A stretch of DNA of 64,000 bases from Geopsychrobacteraceae bacterium (lineage in GTDB: Bacteria > Desulfobacterota > Desulfuromonadia > Desulfuromonadales > Geopsychrobacteraceae). The stretch is taken from positions 2,304,001-2,368,000 of the forward strand of contig OY759353.1 in the NCBI GenBank assembly GCA_963662315.1. Reading direction: 5' to 3'. The notes beneath the pieces were generated by a model that saw only the letters and a program-made list of their open reading frames with translations, searched no databases and was not told where the DNA came from. The position numbers were made by a program, and so were the translations under genes. This document shows, piece after piece, positions 23,672-37,000 of this stretch (position 1 is the first letter of the stretch; each line of letters begins with the position of its first letter).

Positions 23672-24978
23672 TGAGGCACTCTCTGTAGCAGTTGGAGTTG
23701 GAGACTGGAAGCGGCATAATCAACCTCTTTTAGACTGAGCTGCTGTTGTTTTTCCAGCAAGCTCAGGTGACGCTGTTCGAGGCCAACCTGACTGCTGAGT
23801 TGTTGATGGTGAAGACGGGTGATATCGTCGCTTTGCAGGTCGATGGTGTCGGTCATGGCCCGGCGCTGCGCGGTCATCTGCTGTAACCCTTTAAAGGTGG
23901 ACTGAGCTTGTGCGTAGGCCGTGGTCTTTTCAGCCAGGACTTTGTCTTTTTCCAGCATCAAGGCTTCCAGTTCCCGTTGCAGGCGTTTGCTTTTATAATG
24001 GCTGGCAAAACCATCAAACAGAGGTACGGTAATGGCGAGAGAGATACTGGTATCGCGTTTACGCAGATCATGGATGGCATCACGATAACTGCTGTCGTCA
24101 CTACCATAGAGACCATAGTTTCCCGACAGGGTGACCTGTGGCCAATAGTTTTTTTGAGCCAGACGCAGTTCGGTCTGTTTGATTTTTATCTGGCGGCTGA
24201 CGACACGCACATCCGGATTCTGCTCAAAGTCGGGCGGTGTGGGATTGTGTGTTGCCAATGTGAGGTCGCTCAATACGGTGTTGGCGGTATTATAGGGGAT
24301 TCCGGTATACAGGGAGAGTTGCTGGAAAACGGTCTGACGTTCGACATTCAGGTCCTCCTGCCGGGAAGTGGCCTCGGCCAAAGCGAGGGCGGCTTCGCCG
24401 ACGTCCTGCCGACCATAGCGGCCGGCCTGGCAAAGCTGCTCGCTGAACCGATAGATACGCGTCCGGCCTTGAAGAATTTCAGCCTGAAAAATCTGTTGCT
24501 TCTGGACCTTCAGAGCTCGACGATACAGATCAAGTATCTGCAGGGAGAGCTGTTGTTCGTTGCTGAGAACTTTTACCGCGGCAAGGTCGACCTGGTGTTT
24601 GGCATAGTCTAGCTGCAAACGTCGCCGACCGAAATCGTAAAGGGTATACTGCCCGGACAGGTAGAGGGAGTTTTTAAATTTTGAGCTACTGTCGGAATAG
24701 ACGGTATCGCCGACGGCGACGACACTATTGTACTCGTCGAAAACATGAGCATATTCTTGCCCGTAACGCAGCGAAAATTGGGGATAATAGGCGGCCTTCG
24801 CTTCGCCGACCCCGGCTTGAGCCCCAGAAACATTGACCTTGGCAATCCGCAGATCGTAAGCATGTTGCAGGCTTTGGCTGAGTATCTGCTCAAAGCTCAC
24901 TGTCTCAGCAGACGCAGGTGTGACAAAAAAACAGATCAGTGTTGTCAGGACAACGCTGATCCTTCCGAGATAAAACAA
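23668..24978 (-). CDS. TolC-family outer-membrane channel
   Basis: Signal peptide ending ASA-ET, YYPQFSL/YWPQVTL and VPLFDG motifs. Probable TTG start at 24978 after GGAGGG. Confidence 0.88.
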   Translation of the reverse strand: MFYLGRISVVLTTLICFFVTPASAETVSFEQILSQSLQHAYDLRIAKVNVSGAQAGVGEAKAAYYPQFSLRYGQEYAHVFDEYNSVVAVGDTVYSDSSSKFKNSLYLSGQYTLYDFGRRRLQLDYAKHQVDLAAVKVLSNEQQLSLQILDLYRRALKVQKQQIFQAEILQGRTRIYRFSEQLCQAGRYGRQDVGEAALALAEATSRQEDLNVERQTVFQQLSLYTGIPYNTANTVLSDLTLATHNPTPPDFEQNPDVRVVSRQIKIKQTELRLAQKNYWPQVTLSGNYGLYGSDDSSYRDAIHDLRKRDTSISLAITVPLFDGFASHYKSKRLQRELEALMLEKDKVLAEKTTAYAQAQSTFKGLQQMTAQRRAMTDTIDLQSDDITRLHHQQLSSQVGLEQRHLSLLEKQQQLSLKEVDYAASSLQLQLLQRVPQ

Positions 24979-25038
24979 TGATCCCTCCGGTAAAAAACCA
25001 AACTGAAATTGTAATCTAGGGTGTGACGTCATAACAGA

Positions 25039-25069
25039 ATCAGGCAGGATCAAAAAGACCCTGCCTGAT
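25039..25069 (-). terminator. Stem-loop between the RTX gene and tolC (terminator, attenuator or RNA stabiliser)
   Basis: Minus strand ATCAGGCAGGGTC-TTTTT-GATCCTGCCTGAT: 13-bp stem with one G-U pair and a weak U tail. Confidence 0.6.
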
Positions 25070-25092
25070 ATTTATCGCAACAACAGACGCCC

Positions 25093-28000
25093 TTAGGCCG
25101 CCTGCCAACCACTGGCGACAATGGCCATCAGTTCTTCGTTATTTCTGACATCGTCCAGACTGTCCATGGAGATACCCGCAGTTGTGGCATAAGCACTCAT
25201 GTCCTGAATGATCTGGTTGATATCAGCGGCGGTCATGCTATTGCCGTCATTAAGGATTATCTCTTCTATGCGGTTACCGGTTGTGGAGTCACTGTAGTTA
25301 GACAAAGTGATCTGGTCATCTATACCGTAACCGATTTGCAGGGTTGATCCGTTCTTGAAAAGGGCAATACTGTCACTTGTGACATCTTCGCCGAATTGTA
25401 CTGTTTCCGTTCCTGAAGTATCAGAAACAGTATCTTGCCCATCGCCAAGATTGAACAGATAGCTATCGTCGCCAGCGCCACCATAGAGCCGGTCGTTACC
25501 AACACCACCGATCAGTTGATCATTGCCGTCACCGCCCTGTAGGGTGTCAACTCCGGCTCCACCTTCCAACACATCATTCCCGGCATTGCCGTACAGGCTG
25601 TCATTCCCCAGTCCACCGATATAATGGTTCGCTGCGTCATCACCGCTGAAGCTGTCATTGGCATCGGTACCATAAATCGGCAACTGAGCAAGTAATTCGT
25701 CACGACTCAGAACCGTTCCATCGGCAAAGCTGAACTGATCAAGACGGTAATTGCTATAGCTGGAATGAAACCACAAAGAAAGCTTGATCTGGTCACCGTC
25801 ACTACCGATTTTCATCAGCAGATCATTGCCGGATTTTTCCAGAGTCAGATCTGAAATCACGATCCCCTCTCCGAAGGAGAGAGTATCCAGACCATCAATA
25901 TCGTCGACACCGATCACATCCTGGCCGTCACCCATATTGAAACGGAAAGTATCATCACCAGCACCGCCGTAAAGGTTATCGTTGCCAACACCTCCGATCA
26001 CAAAATCGTTTCCGTTACCACCCTGGAGTGTATCAGTCCCAACTCCACCTTCGAGCAGATCATTACCATCATTTCCATAGAGGGTGTCATTACCAAGGCC
26101 TCCAATATAATGGTTGTCGCTGGCATCACCACTGATACTGTCATTGGCATCGGTACCATAAATCGGCAACTGAGCAAGTAATTCGTCACGACTCAGAACC
26201 GTTCCATCGGCAAAGCTGAACTGATCAAGACGGTAATTGCTATAGCTGGAATGAAACCACAAAGAAAGCTTGATCTGGTCACCGTCACTACCGATTTTCA
26301 TCAGCAGATCATTGCCGGATTTTTCCAGAGTCAGATCTGAAATCACGATCCCCTCTCCGAAGGAGAGAGTATCCAGACCATCAATATCGTCGACACCGAT
26401 CACATCCTGGCCGTCACCCATATTGAAACGGAAAGTATCATCACCAGCACCGCCGTAAAGGTTATCGTTGCCAACACCTCCGATCACAAAATCGTTTCCG
26501 TTACCACCCTGGAGTGTATCAGTTCCAACTCCACCTTCGAGCAGATCATTACCATCATTTCCATAGAGGGTGTCATTACCAAGGCCTCCAATATAATGGT
26601 TGTCGCTGGCATCACCACTGATACTGTCATTGGCATCGGTACCATAAATCGGCAACTGAGCAAGTAATTCGTCACGACTCAGAACCGTTCCATCGGCAAA
26701 GCTGAACTGATCAAGACGGTAATTGCTATAGCTGGAATGAAACCACAAAGAAAGCTTGATCTGATCACCGTCACTACCGATTTTCATCAGCAGATCATTG
26801 CCGGATTTTTCCAGACGAAGATCCTCCAAGGAAATATCAGCACCAAAGGACAGGGTATCCACTCCTTCCGTCGTATCCAGTTGAATCGTGTCCTGCCCAT
26901 CTCCCAGGTTAAAAACAAAGGTGTCATCGCCAGCACCACCAGACAGGCTGTCATTTCCGGTACCGCCAAGCAGGATATCATTGCCGTCACCACCTTGCAG
27001 GGTATCAGCACCAATGCCACCTTCCAGCACATCATTCCCGGCATAGCCGTAAAGAGTATCATTGCCAGCAAGGCCAACAATCTGGTCAGGAACGCTAGAA
27101 CCTTGAAGAGAATCATTATTTTCACTTCCCATAACAGCGTTCAAACCATTTGAGACAAATAAAGATCCGCTTCCGGAGGTACTTTCCTGCCCATCGGTAA
27201 TTTGATAACTGACAGATACCAGTCCCAATGAATCCGAATCGCCTATATAAGTCCAAGTTCCGTCACCGTTATCCGTCAAAATTCCTTTATCAACCTGCAC
27301 ATCAAATACACTTAGAGTATCACCATCAACATCTGTAGCATTAGCAAGAAGTTGATCGGCCGTAATCGTAATCGTATCACCGATAAGTAATCCTCCTAAG
27401 TTTGTACTATTGCCAGAAGAAGGTGTGTCATTCACAGGAACAATATTGATTGACGCAGAGGATGATAGATAGGCCTCCCCATCAGTGACTCGGAAATTGA
27501 TAATTGCAGCTCCATTACGATTGGCGGCAGGCGTAAAGGTCCATTCTCCTTCACCACTTGAAACAATAGTCCCATAACCGGAACTCACGCTTTCCACAGT
27601 TAATAAGTCACCATCCCAATCCGAAATATTGGCAATCAGTTGATCTCTTGTAATGGTTATTGAACCGTCCTCGTTCATCTCTCCAAGGGCAACAGGCCCT
27701 GAGGCTACGGGGGCGGTATTGATATCTAATGACTGAAGTAGTTCTTGAGCCGTCAAAACAGTCCCATCGGCAAAACTGAACTGATCGGTCCGTTTGGTCA
27801 CATAGCTGGGATGGAACCAGTAATTAAAAGTGAGCTGATCGCCGGTATCTCCAACCTTGATCACTAGGTTGTTGGATGATTTTTCCACAATCAAGTCACT
27901 CTGCGTAATCCCCTCGCCAAACGCAAGGCTATCGATTCCATCAACATCATCAAGGTAGATAGTGTCCTGACCATCGCCTATGTTAAAAACAAAGCTGTCA

Positions 28001-31000
28001 TCCCCTGCACCACCATAGAGCGTATCGCTTCCGGTTCCTCCGATCAGACGATCGTTGCCATCGCCTCCCTGCAGGCTATCATCACCCTCATCACCATCGA
28101 GAATATCGTTACCAGCATAGCCATAAAGGGTGTCATTTCCTGCTCTACCAAGCATCACATCGACGCCTTCATAACCGGTCAAAGAATTGTTGGCATCGGT
28201 ACCACTACTGTTCACTGGATACCGCACCAGAAACTCTTCAGTTGTCAGAATCGTACCGTCTGAAAATTTGAATTGACCTGTCCGTTTGGTCACATAGCTG
28301 GGATGGAACCAGTAATTAAAAGTGAGCTGATCGCCGGTATCTCCAACCTTGATCACAAGGTTGTTGGATGATTTTTCCAAAGTCAGGTCACTCTGCGTAA
28401 TCCCCTCGCCAAACGCAAGAGTATCGGTTCCATCCGCATCATCAAGATAAATGGTGTCCTGACCATCTCCCAGGTTAAAGACAAAGGTGTCATCCCCGGC
28501 TCCACTATAGAGCGTATCGCTTCCGGTTCCTCCGATCAGGCGATCGTTGCCATCACCCCCCTGCAGGGTGTCATTGCCTTCACCTCCCACCAGAATATCG
28601 TTGCCAGCATAGCCATAGAGAGAATCGTTGCCAAGTCCACCAATAAAGTGATTGGCATCGGAATCACCACTGATGCTGTCATTGCCATCTGTGCCATAAA
28701 TAGGCAACTGGCCGAACAGCTCTTCTTTACTCAAAGTTTTTCCGTCAAAAAAGGTAAACTGATCCAGCTGATAGGCAGCATAACTTGGATGAAACCAATT
28801 ATTGAGAGTGATCTGATCGGTATTGTCACCGATATGAATAACGAGATTATTGGCGATTCTTGACAATGTCAGATTGCTGCTAGATATCCCTTCACCAAAC
28901 GCAAGACTATTGGCCCCTGCCGCATCATCAAGATAAATGGTGTCCTGGCCATCTCCCAGGTTAAAGACAAAGCTGTCATCCCCTGCTCCACCATAGAGCG
29001 TATCGCTTCCGGTTCCTCCGATCAGGCGATCGTTGCCATCCCCCCCCTGCAGGGTGTCATCCCCTGCACCACCTTCCAAAATGTCATTGCCGGCATAACC
29101 GTAAAGAGTATCATTGCCGGCAAGACCAACAATCTGATCAGAATCACTCGTTCCCTGAAGGTAATTATTACTGTCATTCCCCATAACAACATTTAAACCA
29201 TTGGAAACAAATAAAGAACCAGTTGAATGGACACTTTCCTGCCCATCGGTAATTTGATAACTGACAGATACCAGTCCTAACGAATCCGAATCGCCTGCAT
29301 ATGTCCAAGTTCCGTCACCGTTATTCGTCAAAGTTCCTTTGTCAACCTGCACATCAAATACACTTAGAGTATCACCATCAACATCTGTAGCATTTCTGAG
29401 AAGATCTTCCCTGGTTATTGTTAATGTGTTCCCAAGTTGTACCCCGCCAAAACTCGTGCTCCCCCCGGCACTCGGCGCATCATTGACCGGAGTAATATTG
29501 ATTGACGCAGAGGATGATAGATAGGCCTCCCCATCAGTGACTCGGAAATTGATAATTGCAGCTCCATTACGATTGGCGGCAGGCGTAAAGGTCCATTCTC
29601 CTTCACCACTTGAAACAATAGACCCATAACCGGAACTCACACTCTCCACAGTTAATAAGTCACCATCCCAATCCGAAATATTGGCAATCAGTTGATCTCT
29701 TGTGACGGTTATCGAGCCGTCCTCGTTCATCTCTCCAAGGGCAACTGGCCCTGAGGCTACGGGGGCGGTATTGATATCTAATGACTGAAGTAGTTCTTGA
29801 GCCGTCAAAACAGTCCCATCGGCAAAACTGAACTGATCGATCCGTTTGGTCACATAGCTGGGAGAGAACCAGTAATTGAAAGTGAGCTGATCGCCGGTAT
29901 CTCCAACCTTGATCACTAGGTTGTTGGATGATTTTTCCAAAATCAGGTCACTCTGCGCAATCCCCTCGCCAAACGCAAGAGTATCGGTTCCATCCGCATC
30001 ATCTAGATAGATGGTGTCCTGACCATCTCCCAGGTTAAAGACAAAGCTGTCATCCCCTGCTCCACCATAGAGCGTATCGCTTCCGGTTCCTCCGATCAGG
30101 CGATCGTTGCCATCACCCCCCTGCAGCGTGTCATTGCCAGCACCTCCCATCAGTATATCGTTGCCAGCATAGCCATAGAGAGAATCGTTGCCAAGGCCAC
30201 CAATAAAGTGATTGGCATCGGAATCACCACTGATGCTGTCATTGCCATCTGTGCCATAAATAGGCAACTGGCCGAACAGCTCTTCTTTACTCAAAGTTTT
30301 TCCGTCAAAAAAGGTAAACTGATCCAGCTGATAGGCAGCATAACTTGGATGAAACCAATTATTGAGAGTGATCTGATCGGTATTGTCACCGATATGAATA
30401 ACGAGATTATTGGCGATTCTTGACAATGTCAGATTGCTGCTAGATATCCCTTCACCAAACGCAAGACTATTGGTCCCTGACGCATCATCGAGATAAATGG
30501 TGTCCTGACCATCTCCCAGGTTAAAGACAAAGCTGTCATCCCCGGCTCCACCATAGAGCGTATCGCTTCCAGTTCCTCCGATCAGGCGATCGTTGCCATC
30601 ACCCCCCTGCAGGGTGTCACCCCCTGCACCACCTTCCAAAGTGTCATTGCCGGCATAACCGTAAAGAGTATCATTGCCGGCAAGACCAACAATCTGATCA
30701 GAATCACTCGTTCCCTGAAGGTAATTATTACTGTCATTCCCCATAACAACATTTAAGCCATTGGAAACAAATAAAGAACCAGTTGAATGGACACTTTCAT
30801 GCCCATCGGTAATTTGATAACTGACAGATACCAGTCCTAACGAATCCGAATCGCCTGCATATGTCCAAGTTCCGTCACCGTTATCCGTCAAAGTTCCTTT
30901 GTCAACCTGCACATCAAACACACTTAGAGTATCGCCATCAACATCTGTAGCATTTCTGAGAAGATCTTCCCTGGTTATTGTTAATGTGTTCCCAAGTTGT

Positions 31001-34000
31001 ACCCCGCCAAAACTCGTGCTCCCCCCGGCACTCGGCGCATCATTGACCGGAGTAATATTGATTGACGCAGAGGATGATAGATAGGCCTCCCCATCAGTGA
31101 CTCGGAAATTGATAATTGCAGCTCCATTACGATTGGCGGCAGGCGTAAAGGTCCATTCTCCTTCACCACTTGAAACAATAGACCCATAACCGGAACTCAC
31201 ACTCTCCACAGTTAATAAGTCACCATCCCAATCCGAAATATTGGCAATCAGTTGATCTCTTGTGACGGTTATCGAGCCGTCCTCGTTCATCTCTCCAAGG
31301 GCAACTGGCCCTGAGGCTACGGGGGCGGTATTGATATCTAATGACTGAAGTAGTTCTTGAGCCGTCAAAACAGTCCCATCGGCAAAACTGAACTGATCGA
31401 TCCGTTTGGTCACATAGCTGGGAGAGAACCAGTAATTGAAAGTGAGCTGATCGCCGGTATCTCCAACCTTGATCACTAGGTTGTTGGATGATTTTTCCAA
31501 AATCAGGTCACTCTGCGTAATCCCCTCGCCAAACGCAAGAGTATCGGTCCCATCCGCATCATCTAGATAGATGGTGTCCTGACCTTCTCCCAGGTTAAAG
31601 ACAAAGGTGTCATCCCCGGCTCCACCATAGAGCGTATCGCTTCCGGTTCCTCCGATCAGGCGATCGTTTCCATCACCCCCCTGCAGGGTATCATTGCCAG
31701 CTCCGCCAAACATAACGTCAACTCCTTCATAACCGCTCAACGAGTCGTTCACGTCTGTGCCGATGCTATTGACAGGATTCTGAGCCAGCAATTCGTCAGC
31801 ACTTAAGATCGTCCCATCAGCAAAACTGAACTGATCGGTCCGTTTGGTCACATAGCTGGGAGAGAACCAGTAATTAAAAGTGAGCTGATCGCCGGTATCT
31901 CCAACCTTGATCACTAGGTTGTTGGATGATTTTTCCAAAATCAGGTCACTCTGCGTAATCCCCTCGCCAAACGCAAGAGTATCGGTTCCATCCGCATCAT
32001 CTAGATAGATGATGTCCTGACCATCTCCCAGGTTAAAGACAAAGGTATCGTCACCAACACCACCATACAGCTCATCATTACCAGCACCACCGACAAGCTT
32101 ATCGGCACCATCATGCCCAAACAGAACATCGTCTCCTTCTAACCCCAAAAGTAATTCGTTATCTGCCCCTCCAACCAATGAATCGTCCATATCAGTACCG
32201 GCAATGGTTAGCTCACAGCGTATGAACAATTCTTCAGCAGTAAGGGTCATACCATCAACAAACTGAAAGCGATCTGTCCGCAAAAAGTCATGATTTTGAA
32301 TATACCAATTTTTAAACGTAACCTGATCTCCACCGTTTCCAACTTTAACAATCAAATTGTCGCCATCTTTAGAGATAGTTAAGGCGGCTAAATCTATCCC
32401 CGCTCCAAACAGCAACGTGTCAATGCCATCGATGTCATCAAGATAAATGGTGTCTTGACCATCACCAAGATTGAACACATAGGTATCGTTTCCATTACCT
32501 CCGTACAAGAAATCAGAGCCAGCTCCCCCGTTAAGATAATCGTTCCCTTCACCACCAAACAGGGTGTCATCCCCATCTAGGCCATACAGTTGGTCGTCAC
32601 CGGACATACCGCGGATCATGTTTTCACTAGCATTGCCATGTATTTCTTCATCCGCATCAGTTCCTGTAATGAAAGTGTAATCATCTGGAACATCAACAAC
32701 ATTGGGCGAATAATTAAAAAGATCGTTGATTTCCGCTGCCGTTATGATGCGTTCACCAACTATTTCGACCGAACTTAGTTGATAAGCACTGCCAAGAAAC
32801 CAATTGTTAATAACAACCTGGTGAAGTTCGGATCCAGTCTGTAACTCTTTAATAATCAGATCATCCCCTGATCGCAAATAACTCAAAGAGGTGGGTGGAA
32901 TGTTCGTTATAAGCAGGGTATCGATTCCACCACCACTGGCATCAATCGTATCGACTCCATTATGCGAATTGTAGACATAGATATCGTTTCCTGCCCCACC
33001 AATCAACGTATCATTACCTATGCCACCAATCAGGGTATCATCACCACCTAGTCCATACAGGACATTGTCATCATTACTGCCTTCAAGGACATTATTCAGA
33101 TTGTTTCCGATGGCATTAGACCCATTGTACTGTTTCAAGTTTTCTACGTTTTCAGGCAGAACATAGTCACCATAATAATATGAAATAATCTGGTCCGTAC
33201 CGGAATCTGCTGCTTCAATAATGACATCATCATTACTGTCTACATAATAAATGTCATCTCCAACTCCTCCAGCCAAGAGATTGGCTCCACTTCCTCCATG
33301 TAAATAATCATTTCCCTCCCCCCCAAAGAGAGCATCATCACCACTTTCCCCCATTAGCTTATTATCTTTATCGTTTCCAGATAAAGTGTCAGAAAAGTCA
33401 CTTCCCCAAACATTTTCCACACTAACTAGGGTATCCCCTTCAGCATTTCCTCCTAGCCCAACACCTGTACTTAAATCGACCTGCACCCCTGACGGAGAGT
33501 TGCGGTACAAAACAGTATCTATCCCAACACCACCATCAAGAATGTCTGCTGAATCTCCACCCGTGAGAATGTCATTTCCTCCCTGCCCACGTAGGTGATG
33601 AGAAGAACCTGTGGTTTGTAAGCTATCATCCCCTTCCGTCCCGTAGATAACACCGCCAGTCAAAGACAATATGGTGTCATAATCCCAGGTGGTACCATCT
33701 GCGAACTCAATTTTCTCTACAGCAAAGGTATCTTCGGTATAATAGGTTTTATTTTGTTTTGCATCGTGATAGACACTAAGATACCCCCCTGCCCAGCAGG
33801 ATATGGTAATCTTATCTCTCTCATCAGGCAGACTAATGACAAGAGCAGTGTCAATCATTGACAGTCTAACGTCGTCGGGCGTGATCCCTTCTGAAAATTT
33901 CAGAACATCGGATCCATAAAAATCAAATATCCGATCAGTTCCATCCCCTAAAGAATACTCATAAGTGGTATCACCAAAACTACCACTGATATCATCATCG

Positions 34001-37000
34001 CCAGGACCACCAATAATAGTGACATCTGAGTCATCCCCAAAAAGGCCACGATTTAGCCGGTTATACAAAAACTCATCATTCCCATTCCCACCTAGCAGAG
34101 TATCGTCGCCACCAGACCAATTAAGGGTGTCATTACCTTCGCCACCATCCAGAACGTCGTCATACACCCCTGCGGTAAGGGTGTCATCTCCATCTAAGCC
34201 AAAGAGAAGATTATCTTTTGATGCATCTCCTTCAAGCTCATCATCCTCGCTACTACCAATAGTACTTGCAGTAAATAATTCTTTAATTTTTTGCTGATCC
34301 CAACTGGTTCCATCAGCAAATTCAAAATTTTCAATAGTTCTTAAGTTGTCAAAATATTTTTCGATAAGGACTTGGTCACCATTAGAGCCTATCCGGAGTA
34401 ACAATGAATCCGTACCACTGCGACAAACATCTACATCTGCAGGAGTTATCCCTTCAGCAAAAAATAACGTATCGTTATCGCCCCAAACATCATAAATAGT
34501 ATCTTGCCCCAGGTCAGGACCGATAACATATGTATCATCACCCCATTGGCCTTCTAAACGGTCGTCGCCCTCATTTCCAGACAGAGAATCATTCCCCTCA
34601 CCACCATAAAGACGATCATTACCCTGCCCGCCATTAAGGGTATCGTCGCCATCTTCACCATATAGAGTATCGTCACCATCCCCACCACTGAGATCATCAT
34701 TACCGTTTCTACCATCAATCGTATCATCACCGCCTAAACCATGAATGTTATCGTCCCCGTTAGTACCAGTTAGATCATCATCGGCATTGGTTGGCATATT
34801 GGCTTTTGCCATCAAAGTATTAAAGTCCCAGACCGTTCCATCGACAAACTGAACTTGTCCAACACTATTTTCTAAGTGAGAAAAAAGCTGTGTTATCGTC
34901 AATTGATCATCTGTCCCTGCAACCGTTATAACTAGGTCACGTCCATCATCTAAACCACGGCTGAACTCTAAACTGTCAGGAGTAATTTCTTCCCCGAAAG
35001 AAATTACATTGCTTCCTTCATAATCAAAAATACGATCCTGACCAAATCCTTTTTCAAAATAGTATGTGTCATTCCCTGTTCCCCCACTTAAAGTGTCGTC
35101 ACCATCCCCACCATTTAAAATGTCGTCTCCTTCTCCCCCGTTAAGGGAATCTGCACCTTCATTGCCATATAGTTGATCGTTACCTTTAATTCCAAAAAGC
35201 ACATCGTCACCAGCGCTACCTTGGACATTATCGTGACCATATGTGCCAACTAGAAAGTCATCTCCAACGGTTGGAGTATTTGCTTTTGACTCAAGGGTAT
35301 TAAAATCCCAGACCGTCCCATCCGCAAATTCAACTTGATCAACCCGACATCTGTCAACGAGCCATAGAAACTCTGGGTCAGTCAAGTCACAAAACACATT
35401 CTCAATAGTCAACAGGTCTAACGTATCAGTTATTCCTATTAAAAGGTTGTTTGTATTACGTCTGATCGTCACATCTCCTGGCGCTATATCGGCACCAAAA
35501 ATAATGGTAACGCCACCATCCGGATCAATGATTCGATCCTGTCCAAACCCTTTTTCAAAATAGTATGAATCGTCCCCTTCCTTCCCCATAAGCAGGTCAT
35601 TACCGGCTCCTCCATATAGATGGTCATCCCCATCGTCGCCATACAGATGATCATTACCGCTCCCACCATACAGATGATCATTACCAGCGCCGCCGTACAG
35701 GGAGTCATCACCAACTCTTCCAAAAAGAGCATCATCACCCTCATCGCCATAAAGGTGATCATCCACATCGATACCTATAGCAACATAAAAACTTGCAGAG
35801 GATTCTGCGGTGGAGCCATCAATCCCGGTACTTTTTGCGGTAATACTTAACTCAATATTTCCAGAAAAATCAGCGGGGGGAATCAAGGTCAGAGCACTAA
35901 GATCTTCGGCAGTCAATGTCCAACTACCATCACCATTATCAGCGCCAGCAGATAACGTAGCGCCTTCGGGGAGTCCAGAAATAATAAGAGATAAAGACTC
36001 TGTACCATCATCATCGATTAGGGAAGATTCTATCTGTAAAGGAATGACTTTATTCGGATCACTAACGATGTCAGTAACCTCAACATAAGGGGCATCAGCA
36101 TATCCCTGCAACGAAACATTTAATACCGATGAGACCTCATTAATATCACCATTATTTTCAGTGCTTCGGGCAATAACTGTTAAGCTAAATTCTTTTTTTG
36201 AAGCACTGATCATAAGACCAGGCAAATCATCAGAATGTAATATCCAGGAACCATCGTATGATTTATTACCGGCCGAAAACACTGTCCCATCAGGCACATC
36301 GGAAATGATGATCTGCAATGTTTCCGATCCATCGTTGTCGCTCAGAGCCGCTTCAATGTTAATGGGAACAGCTGCAGCTATTCGGCCAGATACATCAGCA
36401 ACAGTCAATATAGGCTTATCTGCTAAACCATTTACTTCCACATGAATATTTTTAATAAGTTGTGCGACAGAGTTATCGCTTTCAACACTTTCTGCTGTAA
36501 CAACGAGATCAATGTTTTCATCAGAGTTTTTAGCTGGTGTAATAGTTAAATTACTCAATTGATTCCGAGACAAACGCCACCTGCCATTGCCAAGATACGT
36601 GCCAGCGGACAACGTAGCGCCATTGGGTACCCCTGCAATAGTGACCTTTAATGTTTCTGACCCATCGTCATCCATAAGGCGAGAGCTAATATTTAAAGCA
36701 ATAGCAGAATCTTCTGTACCATCCGTATCGCCGACACTTAATTCTGGAGAATCAGCAACTGGAAGCACGTTTATTTTAACGGTATTTTCTATCTCGCGGC
36801 CTAACTCATCGATTATCCGGTAATTCACTTCCGCCATACCAGAAAAATTCTCGTTAGGAGTAAATTGATACGATTCGCTATCAATAGCAACAAAAGAGCC
36901 GTTGTCTATGGTGTTGCTTACTTCAATCTGTAACTCATTCCATGGATCAACCGAAACATTAGCCAACAATTCATCAACGGTTAAAACAATTGCCGTGTCT

